58,813 bases of DNA, filler included, from Barthelona sp. PAP020 (GCA_040182905.1; 2 parts of 2 records of this genome joined end to end with filler, not necessarily neighbours in it); one strand, 5' to 3'. Numbered from the whole stretch's first letter, positions 29,888 to 41,999 are shown. Translations and numbers: made by a program. The notes: generated by a model not told the origin, from the sequence alone.

Positions 29888-30313
29888 ATGGTAAGATTTA
29901 AATTTCGATATATTGGGTTTGAATTATGTTTTTATGGAGCGATTCCAACAAAAAAAATCACTTCTAAGGAATTGTTGAACAGCATTGAAGAGAGTGTTGA
30001 ATTACATCTTGGTCCTGTTGGTAAAAGCATATCTTCACACAGATTAGTTATGAAATATTTTGATTTTTCGACAGGTTTGGGAGTTTTAAGATGTGCTCAT
30101 CAAGATGTCACTCATACCTTATTTGCTTTAACATATATTACTTCTATGTGTCAAGAAAGATGTTCTATTCGAACTTTACATGTTTCTGGTACTATTAAAA
30201 AAACTCAATTAAAAGTAGTTGAATATTCCCGTCTGGTTCTCAAACATATGAGAGCATATGATTTAGCACGGGCTCAACAATCTGAACCAATTCCCAATGA
30301 TCTTGGGTTTTAG
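29888..30313 (+). CDS. POP5: RNase P/MRP subunit Pop5
   Basis: MVRFK.RY N-terminus, G.VG, KYF...TG.GVLRC and LHVSGTIKK. Confidence 0.93.
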   Translation: MVRFKFRYIGFELCFYGAIPTKKITSKELLNSIEESVELHLGPVGKSISSHRLVMKYFDFSTGLGVLRCAHQDVTHTLFALTYITSMCQERCSIRTLHVSGTIKKTQLKVVEYSRLVLKHMRAYDLARAQQSEPIPNDLGF

Positions 30314-30740
30314 CTCATTTGATGTCTTTTTTTCTTTTTCTAAATTTTTGTTGGAGCTTTTTTTTTTTTTGAAGCTATTGTAATATTAAGTCACTTTTTT
30401 ATTAAATTAGTGATCAATTTTGTGGGTTGTTCATGTCATTGATTGAAAACTACCGAAAGAATTATTAAATTTTTTTTTTTTTTGGTATTTTTTGAGCAGT
30501 ATGTTTGAGATTTTCTGTGTTTTGGGGTTTTTTGTGGCGGATTTTTCGATTTAATCTTTTGATTCATAGTTTTTTTTGGATAAAGTCAGTTTACAATCCT
30601 CTTTTTTTTTTCTTGTTTCAGTTAGCCATCATCTTTTGAACGATTCAAACGTGGAACCAGTGTAACTTTACATTATTTTACCATTTTAAGATTTAAAAAA
30701 AAAAAAAAAAATACAATAAATGCAAAAACACCTTTTATCA

Positions 30741-33281
30741 CTAAATATCTAGCTTGACTTCAAAAGACCAATTGTTTAATTCCAGATTCATTTTTTTCAA
30801 TTCAAAATAGTTATCTTTGTTAACAATCTCAAAATTTTTATCATTAATATCAACAGATTTTATTTTTGAAAAACCAATCAACCTAATCCTTTCGATATGA
30901 GGAATTGCAAAATCATCATTTGTAAAATGTAACTCATTGTAGGTGAAATCAAGTTTCTCAAAATTCTTTGGCATATCACTTGAAGTGATTAAAACGGTAT
31001 TATCATTAATCTTTCTGCTTCTAAATTGACAATATATGCTGTTACCCAATTTGTAATTGAAGGTATGACCATCATCAAGATACAGATTTCCTTGAGCATT
31101 TTCACCATAAATATTCAAAGTGTAGGGATCATTAGTCATAGTCTTTGTGGATCTACGTAATCTCTCCTTTGTTAATATCACACCTCCTTCACGAATAAAC
31201 ACGGGAACAGTTCCTAACGGTGCATCAAAAGCATAATCTTTATTCTTGTGAATTTTAATTGGAGCTGTATCAGAATGTATGCTATACCAAGTTCCAATTG
31301 GCAAAGGAATTTTTATTTTGTGAACATTTGCATCAGTTACAGGCCATACAAAGATACTGTCACCCACCATCCAACCATGATCTGTTTCAAGATATTTTTG
31401 TTCATCAAAATGATGCCAAATAGGTCTGACAACAGGCACACCTGTAACTTCGGACTCATAGAACAAAGTGTACCATAAAGGCAAATAACGATATCTGATA
31501 ATAACTTGATTTCTAATTTTTTGAAGCACTTCATCACCAAACAACCAAGGTTCTCTTCTTTTTGTTTCAATATGTGCATGTGCTCTAAAAAAAGGGTTCC
31601 AAGCTCCACTTTCATACCAACGTACCAATAATTCAGGATTAGGATCATAAAAGAAACCACCAACATCAGCTCCAACAAAAGAAATCCCAGTAACCCCCAA
31701 AGATAATAACATAGGACCAACCATTTTCAAATGTTCCCATTTTGCCATATTGTCACCAGTCCAAACAGCAGCATGATATCTTTGTGAACCAGCAAAAAAA
31801 GATCTTGTTAAAACAAAAGGCCTTTCACCAATTCTGTCCTTGACCAGACCTTCAGCCGTGGCACGATGAAAATAATACCCATAACTATTATGTAGATATT
31901 TGTGTTCTGTACCGTTCATATGTTTAGCATTTCTGGGTAAAGTGATTTCTTTACCTGAAAAAACGCTAGGTTCATTCATATCATTCCAAAACCACACGTT
32001 ATTTCTGGATTGATACCTATCTTGGGCTAATAAATCACCCCACCATGATCTCACATCCATGCGTGTGAAATCAGGGTACACACTCATTCCAGGCCAACAA
32101 TTACCTTCAAAATTGTTATTATCATTCTCCCTCTTGATTAAGAATCCTTTGTCAGTTGCTTCTTTATAAACATGATAACCGTTGTCTTTTTTGATATGAC
32201 AATCAGCGATAACTACCATTGATCTTCCAATATCTTCCAATTTACCCATTAATCGATCAGGATCAGGAAATTGTGTTGTATCCCAAGTTAAATACCTTTT
32301 TCCATTTGTATGTTCTATATCCAGCCACAAGAAATCAAATGGAAAGTTTAAATCTTCAAAGTGCTGAATTACGTCATCACAATCCTCTTCGTTTTTATAA
32401 TTCCATCGATTTTGATGATAGCCTAATGTTTCCAAACGAGGTAAAGGTGTGGTACCTAATAAATTCTTCAATCCTTTGTAATAATCCATGGTTGTACCTC
32501 CCCAAACATAAATTTCACCTTGACCAACTTCCCAATATTGTTGAACCTGAGTGCCATCAATATCATAAACTGTTTCAGCAGGATTTGGAGATAAAGTTGC
32601 AACTGTCAATCCAGGAGAGTGACTAAATATTAATGGAACAGCTCCATACAAGGGGAAATTTGATTTCACATCATATTCAAAAACATCCAAATTCCAAAGT
32701 CTCCAAGGCTCAGAATTCCAACTGTTATCAAGAGGAAAATTATGAGCATGCTCAGGAATACCAAAAAGCTTGGAATCTCTGGCAAATTGATATGATATTG
32801 AGGGTGATCCTTCATATAAATCCAAAAATCTGCTATCAATTTTAAAAATAAGATCTTCATTTTTATAAATAATTATTCCAAAAGGATTTGTCAATACCTC
32901 AAACAAAAATTCATTCTTTTTATACAAATAACGATTGTTATATTCAACAAAATTAACTTTTATAACATTTAAATTATTTTTCAAGATTGAATCTTCATTT
33001 ATATAACCATCATAATCAAATCTAATCCTAAACAAAATTTCTTCATAGAAAGTTAGTAATAAAGTCAACTTTTCTTCAGAATTATCTTTGTTTTTTAAAG
33101 TTAAAATTATATCATCATCCTTTTCAAATATTCCATCAGCTAATTGCCAATTTTTGACATTATGTTGATGATGTTTTGAACAATACGATTTCGAGTCACA
33201 AAAATCGAATTCATGCCTTTTAAATGCATATATATTAATAAAAAATAATATTAATATTGGTAATACATACTTCAAGTGCAT
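30741..33281 (-). CDS. GANAB: Glucosidase II alpha subunit (GH31)
   Basis: Signal peptide, FK...F..C....YC, WLDIEH, WNDMNEPSVF, WTGDN, FFRAHAHIETKRREPWLF and RRST..M..DPYTL. Confidence 0.92.
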   Translation of the reverse strand: MHLKYVLPILILFFINIYAFKRHEFDFCDSKSYCSKHHQHNVKNWQLADGIFEKDDDIILTLKNKDNSEEKLTLLLTFYEEILFRIRFDYDGYINEDSILKNNLNVIKVNFVEYNNRYLYKKNEFLFEVLTNPFGIIIYKNEDLIFKIDSRFLDLYEGSPSISYQFARDSKLFGIPEHAHNFPLDNSWNSEPWRLWNLDVFEYDVKSNFPLYGAVPLIFSHSPGLTVATLSPNPAETVYDIDGTQVQQYWEVGQGEIYVWGGTTMDYYKGLKNLLGTTPLPRLETLGYHQNRWNYKNEEDCDDVIQHFEDLNFPFDFLWLDIEHTNGKRYLTWDTTQFPDPDRLMGKLEDIGRSMVVIADCHIKKDNGYHVYKEATDKGFLIKRENDNNNFEGNCWPGMSVYPDFTRMDVRSWWGDLLAQDRYQSRNNVWFWNDMNEPSVFSGKEITLPRNAKHMNGTEHKYLHNSYGYYFHRATAEGLVKDRIGERPFVLTRSFFAGSQRYHAAVWTGDNMAKWEHLKMVGPMLLSLGVTGISFVGADVGGFFYDPNPELLVRWYESGAWNPFFRAHAHIETKRREPWLFGDEVLQKIRNQVIIRYRYLPLWYTLFYESEVTGVPVVRPIWHHFDEQKYLETDHGWMVGDSIFVWPVTDANVHKIKIPLPIGTWYSIHSDTAPIKIHKNKDYAFDAPLGTVPVFIREGGVILTKERLRRSTKTMTNDPYTLNIYGENAQGNLYLDDGHTFNYKLGNSIYCQFRSRKINDNTVLITSSDMPKNFEKLDFTYNELHFTNDDFAIPHIERIRLIGFSKIKSVDINDKNFEIVNKDNYFELKKMNLELNNWSFEVKLDI

Positions 33282-33577
33282 TGTATGTGAATAAAAATCT
33301 AATTGAGGAATTATTATTTAAAATTTTGTTATAAAAACAGCATTTTTGAAAATAAATTATGATATTTATGAAAAATGCAAAAGGTTATTTGACAAAAGTG
33401 AAAGATCTTTGAAAAATGATTTTCATTTGCAATTCTCAATTTCTTTTTATTTAGTTTTTTGAATTTTTTGTAACACTTCATTTTTATAAATATTATTTCT
33501 GCAAAACTCAGATTTGCAAAAAGAAAGAGGATCAGCAAAAAAATGCAATCATTATATTTTTTTTGTTTTATTGATTT

Positions 33578-35206
33578 ATGAATCAAGAAACAACTCGAAA
33601 ATTGTTAAGAAATAGAATAATAGCGATAGAATTTATTTTGAATTTTATTCATGTTGTAATTTTACTTTTATTTTTGATTGGACCTGCAGATCATTCAATT
33701 TTTTCAATAAATGTGGGTAAAAATGGCTATTATCGAGCTTTTAGTTACACATTAATGACTTTTACTGTATTATTTTCAACGTTATTCTTTATGCCTCAAA
33801 TAGAATCCCCTGGACAAAAAGGTATTGTTGTATTATTACATATAATATCCATTATATTTTTTATATTGAATTTATATATTGATTTTCAAAGTATTTTTAA
33901 TCATCATGTCAATATTCCTTTGTGTTCATTATCACTCGTTTTTCTGTTGTTCAGTTTGAAATTAATAGTTGATTTTCCCCTTAAAGGTAGTGATAAATCA
34001 TTATTAGACAATGATTTTGTTGTTGATATTACTGACTATTGGAATCTTGATAAGACGGAAGAAGATACAGTTAACAAAGATACAAATACATTTGAAACAA
34101 CATTTTTGAAAGAAGAAAAGAAAAATAAAGGGTGTTTTAGCCAATTTTTATCAATTCTATTTTATGTTTTTATATTCTTGATGATTTTTTTTCCTTTGCT
34201 AAGCTTTGTACAAAATATGACACAATATCGGACGTTATCACAAGAATTTCATTTTGGAATACGTCACGGTTTTGATGATACAAAGAAAGAAAATTTTGGA
34301 CACATGATGATTAAAAATTTTGCGACAAATAATGATAATTTGTTGTTTTTCATGAATGATTTAGCTTATTGCTCTGAATTGTATAATGTAGTTGTAAATC
34401 AAACAATTGGAAAGCAAATATCTTCTATCTTGCTTGATATACCAGGACAAGGACAAAGTAATTATAATCATAGTTTTATTTATGAGCCTATCGCTTTTGG
34501 AAAATGGTTCACCAAAATGTGGGCTCATTATCAAAACGAAAATGAGATTTTCAATTATTGTTCTCAAAAGAATCATCATAAAAAGAGAATTTTGATTTGC
34601 ACTGCAAGTTCTTGTTTATATGCACGAGACATTATGAAGAATGATGATTTCTTTAATGGTTATATTCTCATTAATGATTTGACTCCTGCATTATTTTTCA
34701 ATTTTAATTTATCAAATGAATCACCAAATGTGGGAGATTTTGCTATTTCCAATCCTTTTCGATTATTAGGGGATGTTTTCGGACTTGAATCTATTCTTGA
34801 TTCTTACAAATTTGAATTAGCTATTGATAATTCTCAAAATGATCATATTATTGTTAACAGTACACAAAATTTAGCTAAACTTCAAGCTTTAGAAAAATCA
34901 TCATGGAGTTGGGCAAAGCAACAAATTTCTATTAATAAAGAAACAGTTGATGCTTTTATTGATAATTTAGGTTACAAATTTGACTATAATTTGTGCGATA
35001 TCATTTATAACAGACCAATTGTCTTTATTAACACAAAATTTATGTTCTATTACGAAAAGTTAGGGAAGGAAATTCTAGATGTCAAAAAACAAAGCATGTG
35101 TATGTCTTCAATCAGTAGTTGGGTGATGAAAGATTTGTTTTTGACAAATCTTTTATTATCTAGGGAAAATCTAATGGAAGAAATTGATTGGGTCATTAAG
35201 AATTAG
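33578..35206 (+). CDS. Membrane protein with a degenerate alpha/beta-hydrolase-like domain
   Basis: About 5 TM segments, then LLDIPGQGQS (D.PG.G.S motif). No GxSxG nucleophile elbow (ICTASSC). Confidence 0.6.
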   Translation: MNQETTRKLLRNRIIAIEFILNFIHVVILLLFLIGPADHSIFSINVGKNGYYRAFSYTLMTFTVLFSTLFFMPQIESPGQKGIVVLLHIISIIFFILNLYIDFQSIFNHHVNIPLCSLSLVFLLFSLKLIVDFPLKGSDKSLLDNDFVVDITDYWNLDKTEEDTVNKDTNTFETTFLKEEKKNKGCFSQFLSILFYVFIFLMIFFPLLSFVQNMTQYRTLSQEFHFGIRHGFDDTKKENFGHMMIKNFATNNDNLLFFMNDLAYCSELYNVVVNQTIGKQISSILLDIPGQGQSNYNHSFIYEPIAFGKWFTKMWAHYQNENEIFNYCSQKNHHKKRILICTASSCLYARDIMKNDDFFNGYILINDLTPALFFNFNLSNESPNVGDFAISNPFRLLGDVFGLESILDSYKFELAIDNSQNDHIIVNSTQNLAKLQALEKSSWSWAKQQISINKETVDAFIDNLGYKFDYNLCDIIYNRPIVFINTKFMFYYEKLGKEILDVKKQSMCMSSISSWVMKDLFLTNLLLSRENLMEEIDWVIKN

Positions 35207-35671
35207 GTCGTACCTCTAATTATGCGTGTAAATATGTAGTTTATTTTTTTTTGTGGATGGCCGTTATCCAAGATTTTTCTTTTGATTCAAAGGTTTCATT
35301 TAAACAATGATATTTATAAATATTAACGGTATTCATTGTTGTTTATCAAAATTTCTATCGGCATTAAATCAACAATACCTTCAATCTTTGTAATATTTAT
35401 TATCTTCAAGGTCTTTTGTTATTGTTCAACACTTAGAGCTTTAAATTAACTTCTTTACTTGTTCATAAAACATGCTAATTGAAAAAACACAATCTTTTTG
35501 AAAATAAAACTTTGCAAACTACTTTCTATAATTATTGTACAGTTAATAGGTATTGTATCTAGTTGTTGACCGTTTGTTAGACTTTGACCAATTGTTTTGA
35601 TTTTAATAATTTTCTTTTCCTCTTTTTTCAAATAAATAAACAAATAAAAACAACAGCTAATTTTACAAACA

Positions 35672-36178
35672 TTAATATCGTCTTATGGATATTGGATCAA
35701 CTCTATTGACATTTGCCTTGACAGCATGTGGTCCATTATAGTAGACAGAACCATCAGAAGGGGTGGAAATTTCTGTAACAATTAACAAAAAATCAACTAA
35801 CCATCCTAAACCAAAGCCCCCCAAAGAAAACATTTTAATAAATCCAATGGTGGGATATCCCATATAAAATCTATCAACACCCAAGATTCCTAAAAATATT
35901 GATAAGGTGACCGATGTGTAGTAAGATTTTCCTGTAATATAATAACAATCCTTTTCAATTAAGAAATTTCTATCTCCAGTACAAGTAACCGCTGATCTAA
36001 CAGTACAATTTGCCTCATAATGATTGCCCCTTTGACAATTTACAGGTTGACCAAATGAATTTAATTCGGGAGTCAAACAAGTATATTGAATTTTTTCTAA
36101 AGCATCTTTACATTCAAAACTAAACACGGGAATAGTTAAAAATATAGAAAATACAATAAATATGCACAATAACTTCAT
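35672..36178 (-). CDS. TM2 domain-containing protein
   Basis: Signal peptide, Cys-rich ectodomain and LSIFLG.LGVDRFY.GY...G..K..SLGGFG.GWLVD. Confidence 0.93.
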   Translation of the reverse strand: MKLLCIFIVFSIFLTIPVFSFECKDALEKIQYTCLTPELNSFGQPVNCQRGNHYEANCTVRSAVTCTGDRNFLIEKDCYYITGKSYYTSVTLSIFLGILGVDRFYMGYPTIGFIKMFSLGGFGLGWLVDFLLIVTEISTPSDGSVYYNGPHAVKANVNRVDPISIRRY

Positions 36179-36343
36179 TTCGAAAAAATAAAACAAAAAA
36201 AAAATTTGTGGAAAAAATTGTTATTTAAAGGCCACCATTTGTTATTCAACAAAAAAATCAAAAGTTTATTGATATTTAAATAATAAAACGGAATATAAAA
36301 TCAAAATACAAAACTTGAAGTCAATGTTATCAAATCTATCTAA

Positions 36344-37702
36344 TTAACATTCAACAAATACAGTAGCGCTTGGAAATAGACCTGCTTCGGCCAATGAAAC
36401 AGGTAAAATATCTAATTTAGTTTGCACTGTTCGTAATCCAATTACATTTGGAATTTTTTTTTTTATATATTCTAAGAGAATTGCAACAGTTGCTTCTGAA
36501 GGTAATTTAAGTACCAATACTTGCCCACTCGGCGTTCTAACTTTAATCGAGCATAAATTCTCTTCAGATTCAATTCTAAGATTTGTTTCTATTATTTCCG
36601 CTTGTTTTATTGAATGAAGACTCATAACAGTTGCAATTTCGTTCGCTTTATTGGCATTGCTATTTTTTGAATTTTGAGAGACATTCTTTGAAAAATTTGG
36701 AGACTGTGGTCTCAATCCAGAAAATATATCTCCTTTATTTTGTTTTAAAAATTCTTTCGAACTGATTTCTGAATTATCAGAAACTGAAAATTGAACACCA
36801 TTTGGAAAACGATTTTGAAATTCTTTGGGATAATAACCTTCAAAAATGTCAGCCAAGAATGTTCTTGCACTGGGAGAACTCCATTTTCTTACAATTTGTT
36901 TTTCAATCGAAAATCCATCATTAAAAACATTGACTTCAATGGGTTTTCCTTTTACCAATTCATGAATGCCATTCCTGTTAATGACTTCATTTGGCATTTC
37001 ATCGCACAATTTTGATAACCCATTCAATCCAGCAATAAAACCTTCAATATTTGGCTTATCATCTGTATTTGCAAATTGTGCAAATGGCAACTCAGGTAAA
37101 TCCCATGTTCCTTTGTTAAAATTTCCTTTTTCATCATTTAGTTGTTGAAGATCTGCATCACATTCCTGATTTTTTTTAATAGGAGATGTTGGTTGACCCA
37201 ACCAAACCAAACCATAATCTGTGAAAAAAGTTTCCATTTCCAAAATTTGTTTTCGCAGTTTACTAATTTCCCGAATAGATTCATTTCGTTCAATATTTTT
37301 ATTATTTGCTGTTTTTAATTCCATTAATGCTACATCTCTTTGTTTTCGAACATCATTCAATTGTAATTTTAACCTTACAATTTCCTGTTCTTTTTGCTGT
37401 AATTGAGCTTCAGCAAGTTTTAAACGACCAGAAATTACCGATAACAATCCTTCTCCATTATTGATATCGCCCAAAGATTGAGAATACTCGCTTAATTTAA
37501 AAAAGGACACTTTATTTTCATTTTTACCTTGCAAATCGTTGTTATTGTTGGAATTTTGATTAACAATTAGGTTTGTTTTTAAATGATCGATTAATTCTTC
37601 ATTTTCATGTTTATTCTGTACAAATTGAGGCAATTTCATTCGATATCCAGGTAAATTTGGTCTCCCAATGCCTGTAGGTAATTTTAGATTGTTATTTGTC
37701 AT
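36344..37702 (-). CDS. UBXN11-like SEP/UBX-domain p97 cofactor
   Basis: Coiled coil, METFF.DYGLVWLG, SEP-like F.DG...FL.DI.EGYYP.E....FPNGV, and a C-terminal UBX ending AGLFPSA. Confidence 0.8.
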   Translation of the reverse strand: MTNNNLKLPTGIGRPNLPGYRMKLPQFVQNKHENEELIDHLKTNLIVNQNSNNNNDLQGKNENKVSFFKLSEYSQSLGDINNGEGLLSVISGRLKLAEAQLQQKEQEIVRLKLQLNDVRKQRDVALMELKTANNKNIERNESIREISKLRKQILEMETFFTDYGLVWLGQPTSPIKKNQECDADLQQLNDEKGNFNKGTWDLPELPFAQFANTDDKPNIEGFIAGLNGLSKLCDEMPNEVINRNGIHELVKGKPIEVNVFNDGFSIEKQIVRKWSSPSARTFLADIFEGYYPKEFQNRFPNGVQFSVSDNSEISSKEFLKQNKGDIFSGLRPQSPNFSKNVSQNSKNSNANKANEIATVMSLHSIKQAEIIETNLRIESEENLCSIKVRTPSGQVLVLKLPSEATVAILLEYIKKKIPNVIGLRTVQTKLDILPVSLAEAGLFPSATVFVEC

Positions 37703-37939
37703 CAAAGAAAAATCGAATTAACAATGCCACAAAAAAAAATTTCTCATTTTTTTTGAGAGTAATAAATGTGAAAAAAAAGTTGCATACACAGCAATGATAT
37801 CTCAATTGGTGCCATAAGTCAACAAAAAATTGCTTAAATAAATACTTAAAGTGAATATTTACAAGAAAAGCCATTTTGTAACTGTTAATTCCAAACAAAA
37901 TCATATTGGGATACAAAATAAACTATATAAATTTACAAA

Positions 37940-38281
37940 TCAGTTCTTTTTGAAAAAAGTTTGATTGGTCGTGCGAAACCTTTCAGAATCTTCATAAGAG
38001 TAAGAATTTGACCAAACATTGGTTCTCTCTTTTGTTTCTATGGCAGATTTCTTTTTTGAATTATTATTATCGCGTTGTGGAGGTACATATGTGCTTTGAG
38101 CAGTTGTAACGAAATTATCGGTAGGTTGGGCTTCATTACTAAAGGTAGATGCATTAAAATGTGACACTTGACCAGGTTTCACACGAACTTTTTCATCTTC
38201 TTTGGTTTGAATTTGATCTTCATACCAGTTACCCAACAAAACTTTTGGATTGTACAATAATCCTTGAGAATTACCTGACAT
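37940..38281 (-). CDS. Small axonemal microtubule-inner-protein-like (CFAP107-like)
   Basis: Y..KVLLGNWYED motif plus F.TT.Q..Y/F motifs. Confidence 0.6.
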   Translation of the reverse strand: MSGNSQGLLYNPKVLLGNWYEDQIQTKEDEKVRVKPGQVSHFNASTFSNEAQPTDNFVTTAQSTYVPPQRDNNNSKKKSAIETKERTNVWSNSYSYEDSERFRTTNQTFFKKN

Positions 38282-38474
38282 TCTTTTCTTTTGTGTAAAA
38301 AAAAAATTGGAATTTGAATTTCCCACAATCAGATTCTTTTGTCAAAGTTAATTTTCATTACTGACTTAATTCTTATTAAGAAAAAAACCTAATATTTAGT
38401 TAAATTGAGTATTTCTTTGTGGTTTTTGGTGAGTTGGGAAAAAAAAATTTCTTTACCTTTATTCGGTTTTTTTG

Positions 38475-39026
38475 TCATAGTTGTGTTACAATAGGAAAAT
38501 TACTTTTGATTTCAGACAATTTTGAAAAAGGATGGTCAGCTCCACGATCATATTTGGAAGACTTGTGATTATGATCATTTATTTTTGAATTAGAAATGTT
38601 TGTGTGTGTAAAATCTCTCCTTTGTGGTCCATTTTTAATCAAAAATTCATATACTGAAGGTTTTGGAGGAATTTCATTTCTATATGCAAAAATAAATGCT
38701 GGTTCATAAACAAAAGAAACAAAAGAATCATTATCATCACTATCTTCACAAATTTCATTCATTTCTATTTCATTGATTTCAGTTTTTAAATTTGATTCTT
38801 TTGAAACTTTTGTGTTGAAATTATTATTTTCTACTTTTTCTTCCCTAATTAGCCCTTGAATGGATTCAGAAAAGGTTTGAACTTTTTCATTGCAAAAATC
38901 AGATTGACTCATAATAAAATAGTCGATGCTGTAGGAAAAACCAAAAAAATCAGTCAAGTTTCCAAAACAAAACTGTTTCGATTGATCATCAATAAACTTT
39001 GTATCAAAAAAAGTAATTCCGTTCAT
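38475..39026 (-). CDS. Hypothetical protein (true start may be 38912)
   Basis: Open frame with host-like composition; no recognisable motif. Confidence 0.55.
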   Translation of the reverse strand: MNGITFFDTKFIDDQSKQFCFGNLTDFFGFSYSIDYFIMSQSDFCNEKVQTFSESIQGLIREEKVENNNFNTKVSKESNLKTEINEIEMNEICEDSDDNDSFVSFVYEPAFIFAYRNEIPPKPSVYEFLIKNGPQRRDFTHTNISNSKINDHNHKSSKYDRGADHPFSKLSEIKSNFPIVTQL

Positions 39027-39229
39027 TTTTAATGTGAATTAAAAATCAATTGGTCAAATTATCACTTTGAAAAAAAAAAAATATTTTTTATGGAAGAATT
39101 TGATTTTGGCAAATTTAACTTTGAGAATTTTACGGCTCCATTTTTATCTTTTTCAAGTGAAGAACAAATAAATATTCAATCAAACATAGTATAAACTGAA
39201 AAAAAAGAAAAAAATCCACAGATTCATAT

Positions 39230-40729
39230 TTATTGATTCACCAAACATTCGGTGATACCCGTAATCTCATAGAGCGCATTTGTTAATTCTAATTCTTGTT
39301 CAATAGCTTGTTTCATTTTTTGAAAGCTGTCAAATATTTCAACTTCTCTTTGAGCCCTGTTAAACAAGCATTCCAATACTATGGCAGAAGCCTCAATTGT
39401 AACACAATTATAGTGAGGAATAGTAAAAGTTTTTCTCAAAACATTCAGGAATTTAACTGTTGATTCAGTGTCCATTCCAACAACACTTTGAACCAAAGCA
39501 TTTCTATTCAATAATTCTTGAACCAATGATACGACTATTTCTGCATTCTTCGTGTTTGCAACATATTCTAAAGCTTCAGTATATTTAAAAGCTCGCAAAA
39601 GTTTATCTATTTGAGAAGACTTAATTTCTCTGTCCAATTTCACCACATTGTCACCAGTTGTCAACCCTTGAGGAACTTTTCTGTATCTTTTTTTGTTCTT
39701 TTGAATACCTGATAAAAATGAGACAAAATCACCCTGAGATTCAAATTCAAACTCTTTTTTCTTTTTATCACTAGTTTCTTTCTTTGATCTGTGCAAAGCC
39801 AATGAAGAGTCAGCATGACAAGAAACCAAAGTACCATCATCAGGACTTATTGCTAAATCTAAAACACCAACAGGACTGTGCAAACTCTCAATCAAATCTA
39901 ATTTTTGGGGTTCAATAAACTTAATCATACCATCAAGTCCACCAGATATTAACCTTCCATACTTTTTATCAATAATAATAGTGCTGATATCTTTTTGATG
40001 CAATCGATTACTAACTAAGGTTTTTCCACTGACTAAATCCACAATATCAATGGTAGGACCATGTCCAATAGCCATAGTAGATCCGTTAATGTCACAAAGG
40101 CTTTCAACGCCTTCTTCAAAAGCAAAAGTATGAATTTGAGCTTGATTTCGTAAATCCCAAACTTTGACAAGACCATCCTTACTACAAGTAGCAATAAGAT
40201 CCATAGTATTCCCAATAGAAATAGTATCACGAATATAACTTGAATGTGCATCTGTTATCGAGGCAATAAGCTCACCAGTAGGTAGATCACTGATATTTAC
40301 CTTACAATCATCACCAGAAGTAACAATAGAAGTGTTGTCAGCTCTAAAAAAACAATTTCTAACAGTGTCTTCATGATTGTTAAATTGTTTTAATATTAAA
40401 CCATTTTGAGAACGAATACATTTCACAACACCCCTTTCACCACCAGCAACAATAATTCTGGCATCAGATCTAAAAGCAGTGCAAAAAATATTATCATTGA
40501 ACTTGGTATGAGATTTATAAACCGAAAAATTACTCGTATCATATATAATTAATCTATTGCCACTACCAATAACAAATGGGTAGGGATCAACAGGACTAAA
40601 GTCAATACTATATGCCAAATTTGCAACTCTTTCTATTTCAGGCTTTCTAAAACTCCTCCAGTGTATCTGTTCATTTGTAACATTCCGTGATTCAATCGGA
40701 GTCCTACGAAATGGTAACTTTCGATACAT
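39230..40729 (-). CDS. UTP15: U3 snoRNA-associated protein 15
   Basis: N-terminal W..F..P, WD40 repeats (FRSD..IIVAG, H..YIR, HQK.I) and a C-terminal DK.LR.FKY..AL...ELL.R.AL domain. Confidence 0.9.
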   Translation of the reverse strand: MYRKLPFRRTPIESRNVTNEQIHWRSFRKPEIERVANLAYSIDFSPVDPYPFVIGSGNRLIIYDTSNFSVYKSHTKFNDNIFCTAFRSDARIIVAGGERGVVKCIRSQNGLILKQFNNHEDTVRNCFFRADNTSIVTSGDDCKVNISDLPTGELIASITDAHSSYIRDTISIGNTMDLIATCSKDGLVKVWDLRNQAQIHTFAFEEGVESLCDINGSTMAIGHGPTIDIVDLVSGKTLVSNRLHQKDISTIIIDKKYGRLISGGLDGMIKFIEPQKLDLIESLHSPVGVLDLAISPDDGTLVSCHADSSLALHRSKKETSDKKKKEFEFESQGDFVSFLSGIQKNKKRYRKVPQGLTTGDNVVKLDREIKSSQIDKLLRAFKYTEALEYVANTKNAEIVVSLVQELLNRNALVQSVVGMDTESTVKFLNVLRKTFTIPHYNCVTIEASAIVLECLFNRAQREVEIFDSFQKMKQAIEQELELTNALYEITGITECLVNQ

Positions 40730-41030
40730 AATTTCAAGAAAAAATTGATAGGAATTTTTTAAAGATTTTTTCGAGGTAACAAATGTGTTTATATATGATT
40801 TAACTATTTAAAACGCTAAATTAATGAACAAATATGAAAGCTTTTCGAGAAATGAACAATTTTTTAACAAATACTTTTCACAAATCATTATAAATGGCTT
40901 AGTAACAAAAAAACTAATCTTCAATGGAATAACAAAAAATTTTTTGATGAATTAAGTTATTTACACTAAAAAATGAATATTATTTGGATATATTGGAAAA
41001 GAAGACTTAAAACAAACAATTCTAATCAAT

Positions 41031-41999
41031 TTAATGTGTTTTGGCATAAATTTTCACAACATAAGCATATTTTTGTGTCCATCCAAATGTTTCCATCATT
41101 TCATGTATCGTAGAGTTTTCATTAATTGTGTTATTTTGCATTAATTGATTGATTCCTTCAGTTATATTACAATTTTCTTCTTGGTTAATATTTATTATAT
41201 CTTTTGATTTTTCATCATGTTTATTGTTTTGTGGAATGATATTTTGAGTGGTATTTTCGTTTTTACTGGACTTTTCTTGCGTAATCACGTATTGCCATCT
41301 TGAATATCTTTTAAAAAAGTCTCTTTCTACACATTTTCTATCATCTTGAGAATAAGGTTTCCCATCCCAAAGTTTACGAATTTTTTTGGATGAAATAGGA
41401 ATTTTTGTATATTTTTGTTCATCCCACATGGTATTTTCATTTTTTGAATTCTTTTGTTTAATTTTGTTTTTGTCTTGTATTTTCCTGTTTAATTTTTTTT
41501 TTCTCGTTGTCATATACAATTGAGGGAGTTTCTTTTTGACAATTTCAATTACTTCCAATATTTGTTCTGTTGTGGTTTCTTTTTCTTCAATAGTTTCATC
41601 ATCATTAATGGTCTCGTCATCAGATACATTCTCATTTTCAATTGAAGTATGTATATCCACAGTATTATCTGAATTTTCTTCCAAAAATGTTGTTTTTATC
41701 ATTTCAAACAGATCAGTTGGAAGTATAGAATGCTCTTTTTTTGTTTCTGTCATCTGATAAAACAATGAATTTGGTTTGAAACTTTTTATTGGTCTTTTTT
41801 TTATTTTTGGCATATCAACCAAAGGTAATGCTTTTTGTGTTGCTCCTATTTCCCATAAATTTATCCATTCGTTTTCTTGGATGTTTTGTTGTAATAATGC
41901 ATTTAATTTTTTTTTCAACAACTGAGTTTCAATTTCAACAGTTTTAATGGTTTGATCACAATAAATTGATGATTCATAAATTTTGGTTCTGAAATTCAT
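41031..41999 (-). CDS. Hypothetical protein
   Basis: ORF of ~320 aa with first ATG at 41999. Confidence 0.65.
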   Translation of the reverse strand: MNFRTKIYESSIYCDQTIKTVEIETQLLKKKLNALLQQNIQENEWINLWEIGATQKALPLVDMPKIKKRPIKSFKPNSLFYQMTETKKEHSILPTDLFEMIKTTFLEENSDNTVDIHTSIENENVSDDETINDDETIEEKETTTEQILEVIEIVKKKLPQLYMTTRKKKLNRKIQDKNKIKQKNSKNENTMWDEQKYTKIPISSKKIRKLWDGKPYSQDDRKCVERDFFKRYSRWQYVITQEKSSKNENTTQNIIPQNNKHDEKSKDIININQEENCNITEGINQLMQNNTINENSTIHEMMETFGWTQKYAYVVKIYAKTH